Shown: positions 17,557 to 25,166 of the stretch, piece by piece
Position numbering within the stretch: the first letter of the stretch is position 1
Layout of the letters: the number at the start of each line of letters is the position of its first letter
DNA from: an uncultured Pseudomonadales bacterium
GTDB taxonomy: Bacteria > Patescibacteriota > Microgenomatia > UBA1400 > PJMF01
DNA length: 62,799 nt
NCBI GenBank assembly: GCA_964457085.1
Contig: CAYWDM010000004.1
Location: forward strand, 87,319 to 150,117
Direction of reading: 5' to 3'
Notes under the pieces: model-generated
The model's input: the letters and a program-made list of their open reading frames with translations, nothing else
What the model was told of the DNA's origin: nothing
The model's database searches: none
Translations under genes and position numbers: made by a program

Positions 17557-19266
17557 TCACTCCTTTAGTAGGCTCGTTTTACTGACAACGTATTGATCGA
17601 GCACTAAAAAATCAATATCAGTATGTAAGAAACAGTTTATAGCATCATCGGGGGTACAGACAATCGGCTCTCCTCTAACATTAAACGAGGTGTTAATGAT
17701 GATGGGTACTCCAGTTAATCTCTCATGCTCAGCGATCACGTCGTAATACAAAGAGTTGTCTTCTCGAGATATAGTTTGTAATCGTCCACTGCCATCAACA
17801 TGCACCACTGCTGGCACATTTTTATGGCCAACTTTTTTGAATGGATACACCATTAACATGTACTTGGCACTAACAGGCAAATTTTTGTCTGCCTCGAAAT
17901 AATCGTTTGTTCTTTCCTCTAAAATTACCGGAGCAAACGGTCTGAATAGTTCGCGATGTTTGACCTTGAGGTTAATAATATCCCGCATCTGCGTAGTAGC
18001 TGCTGAAGCCATGATACTGCGGTTTCCCAGTGCTCGAGGACCCCACTCCATCCTACCTTGGAACCAACCGAATACTTTCTGCAACGTAATCTGTTTCGCG
18101 GCAAACTTCACCAAGTCATGTCGGTTGTACAATTTGTACTCCAAGCCTCTACGTTTTAAAGCTGCTTCGATTTCAAACCAACTGAACCCAGGTCCAAGAT
18201 ATGGTAGAAAATTAGTGTCGGTTTTGTCACCTAATTTCTCTGACACAAACAAGGCAGCACCCATACTTCCACCAGCGTCACCTGGATCTGGTGGAATATA
18301 GAGCTGTTTGAATTTAGTTTTTGACAATAATTTGCCATTCAACACTGAGTTAAGTGCTACACCACCTGCCAAACAAAGCTGTGGTGTTTGATACTCTTCA
18401 TACACTTTGTTAAGCATATGCAATGTAACTTCTTCAAGCTTTTTCTGCAGTGACGCTGCTAGATTTTCGTGAAATTTAGTGGCCTTACTCTCAGGAACTC
18501 GTGGTGGATGCTTGAGTAACTCTGCTAACTTAGCTGATGGCATATGTTCCGCGTGTTCGAAATCAAAATACTCCATATTCAACTGATAACTGCCATCTGG
18601 AAACAGCGTAATTACTTCATCAAATAAGTGGTACAACGGTTCTGGGTCACCATATGCGGCCAACCCCATAACCTTATACTCTGCGTCATTGGCAGAGAAT
18701 CCTAGAAAGGTTGTAAAGGTGCTATACAACAGCCCTAGTGAATGAGGAAAACGGATTTCCTTATCTAAACGTACATTTCGACCTTCACCCAGTCCAACGG
18801 TTGTAGTAGCCCATTCGCCAACACCATCAAGTGTCACTACTGCTGCTTTTTTAAAACCAGACAAATAAAAAGTACTGGCAGCATGTGCTAAGTGGTGAGG
18901 AACATAATACACCGGTCCAAAATAGTGCCAGTCATCTTGTAATTGTTCCTTGATCTTCATTTTTTTATTTAACCAAGAATGAGAACTCTCTATAAAAGTT
19001 TTGTAACCTTTAGGAAAATGCTCTAAATGTTGACTGAGTACTCTCTCAAACTTGATAATTGGCTTCTCATAGAATGCAATTGCATCAACTTCATTGATGG
19101 CAATTTGCTGTGAACGTAAACAATAATCGATTGCTTTAGCTGGAAAATTATTATCATGTTTAATACGAGTAAATCGCTCCTCAGCTGCAGCAGCCAGAAT
19201 CTTGCCATCTTTGATCAAACAAGCCGCAGCATCATGGTAATAACAAGAGATTCCGAGTATTAACAT
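17557..19266 (-). CDS. Carbamoyltransferase, NodU/CmcH family
   Basis: 569 aa. The N-terminus ILGISCYYHDAAACLIKDGKILAAAAEERFTRIKHD and the overall length match NodU/CmcH O-carbamoyltransferases. Confidence 0.9.
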   Translation of the reverse strand: MLILGISCYYHDAAACLIKDGKILAAAAEERFTRIKHDNNFPAKAIDYCLRSQQIAINEVDAIAFYEKPIIKFERVLSQHLEHFPKGYKTFIESSHSWLNKKMKIKEQLQDDWHYFGPVYYVPHHLAHAASTFYLSGFKKAAVVTLDGVGEWATTTVGLGEGRNVRLDKEIRFPHSLGLLYSTFTTFLGFSANDAEYKVMGLAAYGDPEPLYHLFDEVITLFPDGSYQLNMEYFDFEHAEHMPSAKLAELLKHPPRVPESKATKFHENLAASLQKKLEEVTLHMLNKVYEEYQTPQLCLAGGVALNSVLNGKLLSKTKFKQLYIPPDPGDAGGSMGAALFVSEKLGDKTDTNFLPYLGPGFSWFEIEAALKRRGLEYKLYNRHDLVKFAAKQITLQKVFGWFQGRMEWGPRALGNRSIMASAATTQMRDIINLKVKHRELFRPFAPVILEERTNDYFEADKNLPVSAKYMLMVYPFKKVGHKNVPAVVHVDGSGRLQTISREDNSLYYDVIAEHERLTGVPIIINTSFNVRGEPIVCTPDDAINCFLHTDIDFLVLDQYVVSKTSLLKE

Positions 19267-19269
19267 AGA

Positions 19270-19503
19270 CTAGTACATTCTTTCTAACTTTTGACTTCCA
19301 GTTGGTTTCTGCCAACTTGAATGGGTTGGAAACACATGTGCTAAAAAGCGATGCTTAGTTAGTTTGGCGACAATTGACGTCAAACCGATGCCAAAAATAT
19401 ATACAAATGTAAACATTACCAGGCTGATCACAAACTCAATGCGATCTCTAATTTTTTGCAAAAAACGTGGTGTTTTCATAGATTTGTTCAACGACAATAC
19501 CAT
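19270..19503 (-). CDS. Small membrane protein (resembles the C-terminal part of SxtJ-type proteins)
   Basis: 77 aa with one TM (FVISLVMFTFVYIFGIGLTSIV). The tail AKLTKHRFL ... SSWQKP is reminiscent of SxtJ-family ends. It lies 3 nt upstream of the carbamoyltransferase. The start is uncertain (19503 or 19479). Confidence 0.45.
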   Translation of the reverse strand: MVLSLNKSMKTPRFLQKIRDRIEFVISLVMFTFVYIFGIGLTSIVAKLTKHRFLAHVFPTHSSWQKPTGSQKLERMY

Positions 19504-19614
19504 TTAGAATACCGCATCTCGGTCTAGAGTCAAACGGTGAATACTAGATAGTGAGAGGCAAAACAACATAGCCACAAGATCTTGTGTTAAAAAATCATTT
19601 ATCAAGCTCTGAAA

Positions 19615-19995
19615 TTATGTGTGGTCTTCATGAGCCATAGCAATAGCTCGAGTCTCATGAATCGTTTTATCTGGGTGGTTTGGAGGACTATAAATTGTAT
19701 ACAACTTAAGAGCTTGAGTTGTTGAGGTATTGATAATATTATGCTCAGTTCCCGCTGTCACAATAACTGCACTACCATCGGTAACCACTGTTTCAACTCC
19801 GTCCATCACCACTTTGCCCTCACCGGCTTCAAATCGAAAAAATTGGTCCACATGATCATGAACCTCGATACCAATATCTTCACCCGGAGCCAATGACATC
19901 ACCACAAGTTGTTGATGAGTACCAGTAAATAAAACTTTTCTGAAAAAGTTGTTTTCCAAAGTTAGCTGTTCGATATTACCTGTAAATCCTTGCAT
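19615..19995 (-). CDS. Cupin domain protein
   Basis: 126 aa. GIEVHDHVDQFFRFEAGEG ... VTAGTEHNI are the two cupin His-containing motifs. Confidence 0.8.
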   Translation of the reverse strand: MQGFTGNIEQLTLENNFFRKVLFTGTHQQLVVMSLAPGEDIGIEVHDHVDQFFRFEAGEGKVVMDGVETVVTDGSAVIVTAGTEHNIINTSTTQALKLYTIYSPPNHPDKTIHETRAIAMAHEDHT

Positions 19996-20077
19996 AGCAG
20001 TAATCCTTTACATCTATATCAAAACACTGAACTGACTTTTTATCAAGTAGCCACCTGTCAAGAGACTCTGATAACGC

Positions 20078-20101
20078 AAAAGCCGCCCAGTGGGCGGCTT
20101 T
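20078..20101 (-). terminator. Intrinsic terminator downstream of 20114-20350
   Basis: AAAGCCGCCCA-GTG-GGCGGCTTT. The GC-rich hairpin is followed on the minus strand by TTTTGCG. Confidence 0.7.
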
Positions 20102-20113
20102 GCTTATAGTGCA

Positions 20114-20350
20114 TTATGTACCTGAAAAGTACTGTTTTTTGAAGGTTTCGACCTCCCTCAGTGATTCACTCGAGTAGGCTACCTGCACATCAGTGCCAAC
20201 AACTTTTTGCAAGGTTAGACCCAGCTTTCCCGTAGCTTTGATTCGCTCATCGCGGTTTTCCATAACCAACACCCAGACTGCTGCACCCGCAGACTGTACT
20301 TCAACCAAATGATCCCCAACTCTTCTGTAATCACCACTGATTTTTGCCAT
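20114..20350 (-). CDS. Hypothetical protein (78 aa)
   Basis: GGAGGAAAC RBS directly upstream of the ATG at 20348-20350. No recognisable motif. Confidence 0.5.
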   Translation of the reverse strand: MAKISGDYRRVGDHLVEVQSAGAAVWVLVMENRDERIKATGKLGLTLQKVVGTDVQVAYSSESLREVETFKKQYFSGT

Positions 20351-20647
20351 GTTTCCTCCAAAAGAATACAGCTTCAATCTGTATAACACATGCTATACAA
20401 ATGATTTGAAAGCCGTTATGCCAATGACCGATCTTCAGGCATTAACCTAACGACTTTCAAATATTCCAGATATTACATTTATAAGGTTCTAGATAGCAAT
20501 CAAAAAACAGAGAGCAATTCTATGTACTTGAGTTTTCTATCTAGATATATTGTATCATAAATGCGTATTAGATATGTATATTTTGACCACAGAGTTGTAA
20601 AAGTATTACTTACTTTTTAACTTAATTCTTACTACCATTACTAATAA

Positions 20648-21289
20648 ATGTCAGAAAAAAAATCCCAACTACAAATTGAGTTCAAAAATCACCGATTGGT
20701 TGCAGAAGAACATATTCCAAAGTCAACTAAAGAGTCTGAACCAAGATTTACGGAGTTAATTGGAAAAATTGACGAGCTGCATGCTAAAAGTGAATTGGAA
20801 ACAGAACGTAAGTTATCAAAAATACTCGCCAGAATCGGCTACGCCAGCACAGATCAAAATAGAGCTAAAGGCAGAGATGCGGCTGAAGTCCGTGGAGAAT
20901 TAAGTGAGATTGAGGGTGATTATCCCGTTGAGTCATTTATCTACTACAAAAACCAGTTAACTTTGCTCGATAAAACTGAGTCTCACACCCAATCACCTCT
21001 GTATTGGAAGAGAATGTTTGAGAATAAGTTGAAAGCAATCGAATCTCATCTTGAGGATGCAACCCATCTTAAAGCTATGTACTATGGAGGACTTGAAACT
21101 GAATTATTAACTCTTTGTGGCTCATTACAAAATGCTGAAGAAAAGCGATTAATTGAACTCGTGATTAACCAACTGAGAAGCATGGTTAAAAACATGAAAG
21201 ACTCGGTGCTGCCTAACGGTGGAGATCTTGATGATCTGAACAGTGCCTCACGAGCACTAGCTAGGTCAGCTGATAGAAATATTGTCTAG
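20648..21289 (+). CDS. Hypothetical, predicted helical/coiled-coil protein
   Basis: 213-aa ORF, charged and helical in composition. No recognisable motif. Confidence 0.45.
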   Translation: MSEKKSQLQIEFKNHRLVAEEHIPKSTKESEPRFTELIGKIDELHAKSELETERKLSKILARIGYASTDQNRAKGRDAAEVRGELSEIEGDYPVESFIYYKNQLTLLDKTESHTQSPLYWKRMFENKLKAIESHLEDATHLKAMYYGGLETELLTLCGSLQNAEEKRLIELVINQLRSMVKNMKDSVLPNGGDLDDLNSASRALARSADRNIV

Positions 21290-21295
21290 CAAACG

Positions 21296-21335
21296 AAAAA
21301 TCCCGCTTCGGTTTAAAACCAAAGCGGGATCGATT
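21296..21335. terminator. Bidirectional terminator hairpin
   Basis: TCCCGCTTCGGTTT-AA-AACCAAAGCGGGA is a ~14-bp stem with one mismatch. There is a strong T-run on the minus strand (TTTTTCGTTTGC) and a weaker one on the plus strand. Confidence 0.7.
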
Positions 21336-21535
21336 TGAATCTAATAAGATTGCGATCTGGCAACCGAGAAATTATTCTCAGCTTCAAGATCACAACCAAA
21401 TTTTAATTCATTTATTCTGTATTTTATTCATCATCAAACAAATCATCCGGCGCAAATGCCTCAGTTTCCTGACTAGTGATGAGCTAATACATATTCATTA
21501 TATCACTATCGACCTAATAACTTCATCAAAAGACA

Positions 21536-22111
21536 TCAAAAACGACAAGTACTGCCCTGATTTGCTCTGCAACCACCACCCATTCCGCCATCTTGATTTT
21601 GAAATTTTTGCCCTCTCATCATGGTATTATCAATGTTTTTTATCGTCCGTGAATTGCCGCCATATCTCCTACCCATTTGATATATGTAGTTAGTTAGGCC
21701 AATCTGATCGGCCAACAAGCCTCCAAGACTGATCGCCACAAATCCAATCAGCAATAATTGCCAGGTGACGAGTTTGTATCCAAACTCAGCTTTTTTTATT
21801 AGTAGAATGCCAGTGACTGCACTCAAAACCATGACCACAGGCAACCACCATGGGATGCTACCCAACAGCTGTGCAAATCTGACTTCACCCATAGGACCAT
21901 GTTGTCTGGTGAGAAACCTGATTACTGCTACTGAAAAAATTCCTACAATGGTAGCTGACAGTGTGCCCAGAAACAGCAGCAGCGATCCCAACCAGTACAC
22001 ATACTTTGGCTTAATTTTCAATTCACCTGAGCGGATATCAGCAACAATTTTTTCTGAAATATCTGACGATTTCTGTGGACTGAGCGATTTTTTTAGATTT
22101 TTTTTTGACAT
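21536..22111 (-). CDS. Multi-pass membrane protein downstream of an ECF sigma factor (possible anti-sigma)
   Basis: 191 aa. It overlaps the sigma gene by 19 nt. A cytoplasmic N-terminus is followed by about 4 TM helices and a Gly-rich tail ending GGMGGGCRANQGSTCRF. The anti-sigma role is inferred only from position. Confidence 0.4.
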   Translation of the reverse strand: MSKKNLKKSLSPQKSSDISEKIVADIRSGELKIKPKYVYWLGSLLLFLGTLSATIVGIFSVAVIRFLTRQHGPMGEVRFAQLLGSIPWWLPVVMVLSAVTGILLIKKAEFGYKLVTWQLLLIGFVAISLGGLLADQIGLTNYIYQMGRRYGGNSRTIKNIDNTMMRGQKFQNQDGGMGGGCRANQGSTCRF

Positions 22112-22641
22112 AATTTTGCCAATCTTTGTTTAGCACGTAAAATTCTGATCGAAACGGTTCCCATTGGAACCCGAGTAATTTCTGCAATTTCTTGATAGGA
22201 TTTTTCCTCAATAAAGTGAAGCATAATTGGCTCCTGATATTTAAGAGGTAATTGCTGCAAACAAGTGTGAATTGCATTTTTTAACAGCTCGCTGTCAAAC
22301 TCGACAGCAACAGAATCAGATTTTAGGTCTGGGAACTCGAAATCTGCAAATAGCGATTCAATTCGCCAGCGACCTCGCAGATGTGACATTGCTTGATTGT
22401 GGGCGATGCGGAAAATCCAAGTTGAAAATTTGCGTTGCTGATCAAAACTTCGTAAGTTTTGAAATGCATGTATAAATGTTTCTTGAACTACATCATCAAC
22501 CATTTCAGGCAATGTGACTAGAAAACTCACGTAACGATGGATACTTTGTTGGTAGCGGCGTACCAATATCGCGAAAAGTTCCTGGTTAGTGTCAAGTATT
22601 TCCTTGACAATTTCGCTGTCGCTACGTGAGTCTTTATGCAT
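22093..22641 (-). CDS. ECF-type sigma-70 family RNA polymerase sigma factor
   Basis: Region 2 (VQETFIHAFQNLRSFDQQRKFSTWIFRIAHNQAMSHLR) and region 4 HTH (SYQEIAEITRVPMGTVSIRILRAKQRL). Confidence 0.85.
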   Translation of the reverse strand: MHKDSRSDSEIVKEILDTNQELFAILVRRYQQSIHRYVSFLVTLPEMVDDVVQETFIHAFQNLRSFDQQRKFSTWIFRIAHNQAMSHLRGRWRIESLFADFEFPDLKSDSVAVEFDSELLKNAIHTCLQQLPLKYQEPIMLHFIEEKSYQEIAEITRVPMGTVSIRILRAKQRLAKLCQKKI

Positions 22642-22657
22642 ATCTATAGATCTATAA

Positions 22658-23032
22658 TTATCTATTCATACAACCGCCATTGCCACGACCTTTACCTTCG
22701 CGGTTACCCTGTCCTAAACCAAGCTCTGCTCTGATTTTAGCAGCTTCTGCTAATTTACCATCCTCTGCTAAACGATGTGCCTCTGCAAATCGTGCAAAGT
22801 TATCAGCGGTAACTTTTCGAGTTACACCTCTGCCATCCATCAGTTTCACCCATGCCTGATAGTCATTTTTTTCAAAAGCTACTTCCATAGCCTCGTGACG
22901 TTCTGGGGTATAGTTTGGTCCCTTGATTGCTGGATTACCCTGGTACGCAAATACGGTATTGACCGCAATTGTGGACAGAGTGAGAGCGGCAATGCCTCCC
23001 AACATCATTTTTGTAGAAAAATTGAGTTTCAT
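22658..23032 (-). CDS. Small secreted helical protein with Gly-rich Cys-containing tail
   Basis: 124 aa. Signal peptide (MMLGGIAALTLSTIAVNTVFA) and C-terminus GQGNREGKGRGNGGCMNR. First gene of the ECF sigma operon. Confidence 0.5.
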   Translation of the reverse strand: MKLNFSTKMMLGGIAALTLSTIAVNTVFAYQGNPAIKGPNYTPERHEAMEVAFEKNDYQAWVKLMDGRGVTRKVTADNFARFAEAHRLAEDGKLAEAAKIRAELGLGQGNREGKGRGNGGCMNR

Positions 23033-23093
23033 AATAAAAACTCCTTTCTACGATATATACGCAGTTGGGTTCATTTTTGTTTCAAGTAAAAAA

Positions 23094-23540
23094 TTATTGA
23101 CTACTCGCTCGGCGTCGAACTAGCTCAGTAATGTCAGCAATGGTTACTTTTGACAGTTTTAATTTCAATGCATCCTCCGGCAAAAACCAAGCCAATTGAT
23201 CACACTTCTGTGGTTCCATAATAGTTGGCACACCGACAGCAATTCGACAGATAAAAGTTGGCGATACCCAGTGTTGGTGTTCTTCTGGCAGGATATGATC
23301 ACAAACGTGTAGCATCTCAAGTATTTCAATGCCTATTGAGATTTCTTCTTTAATTTCTCGCTTCAATGCATCATGCAGTGTCTCCCCAAATTCAACTGCC
23401 CCACCTGGAATCTCCCAAGTGCCACGCTCGTTTTTAGCATTTTGACTTCGCAGAGCCAGTAGAATGCGACCATCGTTATCCTGAATGAGTGCTCCCACAC
23501 CCACACCAATACAATCAGTTCCGATTATGCAGTTTGACAT
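23094..23540 (-). CDS. NUDIX hydrolase
   Basis: Nudix box GGAVEFGETLHDALKREIKEEISI. The start was set to the internal ATG at 23538-23540 to avoid overlapping the divergent gene. The tracked start at 23606 remains possible. Confidence 0.8.
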   Translation of the reverse strand: MSNCIIGTDCIGVGVGALIQDNDGRILLALRSQNAKNERGTWEIPGGAVEFGETLHDALKREIKEEISIGIEILEMLHVCDHILPEEHQHWVSPTFICRIAVGVPTIMEPQKCDQLAWFLPEDALKLKLSKVTIADITELVRRRASSQ

Positions 23541-23575
23541 ATATCTAATTGTACAATCTGATACGATGAGAGCAT

Positions 23576-24367
23576 ATGATTGATCAAGATTTATTTTGGA
23601 TGGCAATCAAGGCAGTGGCAGTCTTGAGTTTTTCAATCCAATTCAGCTTCTTTTTAATTGCCAGCATCCAAAAAACTGATTTGTACACAGATTTGGCGTA
23701 TGGCCTCAGTTTTGTAACCATAGTCTGGTGGTTAGCGTTACGCTTAGTCCCAATTGGTCCTGTTGGGGCTACTCTAGTTGCCATGGTGACGCTATGGGGA
23801 TTACGTATTGCCGGATATTTGTTTATCAGAATTTTAGCAATCAAAAAAGACAAACGGTTTGATGGTATTCGTGAGAGCTCGTTCAAATTTGGAATGTTTT
23901 GGATTCTGCAGGCAGTCTCCGTTTGGCTCATTCTATTGCCAACCATTCACGGTATCAGTATTAATCGATTTATTGCTTTTTCCAATTTACACTGGATTGG
24001 TGTGGCAATGTGGGCAGTTGGACTACTGATTGAATCAGTTTCTGATTGGCAAAAATTCCAATTCAAACAAAATTCGGTGAACGCTGACAAATGGATTGGC
24101 AGCGGACTCTGGAAATATAGTCGTCATCCCAACTATTTTGGTGAATTACTATGCTGGTGGGGAATTTTTATGATGGTGGTACCACAACTAGATGGCTGGA
24201 GTTGGATAACAATAGCTGGACCTCTGACCATTACCATATTGTTGCTATTCATTAGTGGCATTCCAACATTAGAAAAAAAGTATGACCAAAAATACGCTCA
24301 CAACCGTGACTACCAGCGGTATAAACAAACCACTAGTTTACTGATACCTTGGCCAACAAAACGGTAA
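23576..24367 (+). CDS. DUF1295 / steroid 5-alpha-reductase-like membrane protein
   Basis: 263 aa, polytopic. WKYSRHPNYFGE is the hallmark C-terminal motif of the DUF1295/ICMT/steroid-reductase superfamily. Confidence 0.75.
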   Translation: MIDQDLFWMAIKAVAVLSFSIQFSFFLIASIQKTDLYTDLAYGLSFVTIVWWLALRLVPIGPVGATLVAMVTLWGLRIAGYLFIRILAIKKDKRFDGIRESSFKFGMFWILQAVSVWLILLPTIHGISINRFIAFSNLHWIGVAMWAVGLLIESVSDWQKFQFKQNSVNADKWIGSGLWKYSRHPNYFGELLCWWGIFMMVVPQLDGWSWITIAGPLTITILLLFISGIPTLEKKYDQKYAHNRDYQRYKQTTSLLIPWPTKR

Positions 24368-24375
24368 TTATTGCT

Positions 24376-25146
24376 CTATGGTTGTGGAGCCTGAGTAACT
24401 GGTGCCACATTAGGTGCCTGTGCTTGAACTTTATCTTTGCCTAAAATCACTACTACGTCTGTGGTTGGTTTCGCTTCATCTGCAGGCATGACAGTCCCTA
24501 CCTGGCCACCAAACTTCTCGATGATTTGCTGTACCAGTGCACTACGCTTGCCAGAAACATCAATTACCATGGTGTTGGGATAGTCAGTTCGTCGGGCTTG
24601 AGCCTTGACCTTGATTTCCACCTCAGGAACTCGAGCCTTAATAGTGTCATCATGCACATTTGCCAAACCAACTTGTGTAGTGCCATTAAGCACTGTCAAA
24701 GTAGCAGGCCCAAGTTCTGCCTCAGATTCAACCGGAACTGCGCTTTGAGCTTCTGCATTGACATCTGGTTGATCGGCAACTGGCTGAGTCACAAATGGTG
24801 CTACTTCAATGATCTTGCCGGTTTTTGGTCGATATAACACAGCTTTTTTGGCATTAGGAAAAATCAATACTTTATCACCATTCTCGGCTCTCTCAAAAAA
24901 TGGCTGCTCTTGGAGTTTTTCTTTCTCTGCCACTGTAGCTAAAGTTGGAGTTTCATCTGGCAGCTCTAAAATCTTACTGACTTTTGCATAGACATCATTA
25001 ATTTCTCGTGAAGATGAGGTTAATAATCTATTTTGATAGTAAAAATAGCCACCAGCACCAGCACCACCAAGTGCAATCAGCACTGCAAGGGTGATAATGA
25101 CTCGTTGAGGAGTAAATTTTGTTAAAAATGCGTTGGTATCTGACAT
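24376..25146 (-). CDS. N-anchored protein with LytR_C-like C-terminal domain
   Basis: The start is at the ATG of MSDTNAFL. There is one TM helix. The C-terminal LTVLNGTTQVGLA ... TMVIDVSGK ... VVVILGKD resembles the LytR cell-envelope-related C-terminal domain. Confidence 0.65.
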   Translation of the reverse strand: MSDTNAFLTKFTPQRVIITLAVLIALGGAGAGGYFYYQNRLLTSSSREINDVYAKVSKILELPDETPTLATVAEKEKLQEQPFFERAENGDKVLIFPNAKKAVLYRPKTGKIIEVAPFVTQPVADQPDVNAEAQSAVPVESEAELGPATLTVLNGTTQVGLANVHDDTIKARVPEVEIKVKAQARRTDYPNTMVIDVSGKRSALVQQIIEKFGGQVGTVMPADEAKPTTDVVVILGKDKVQAQAPNVAPVTQAPQP

Positions 25147-25166
25147 ATATTCCTTTGTTGTTGGTA

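Noticed and set aside
19571-19584. CACAAGATCTTGTG palindrome as the terminator of the cupin gene
   Set aside because: The stem is only about 5 bp once a minimal loop is allowed, it is AT-poor but short, and no convincing T-run follows on the minus strand.
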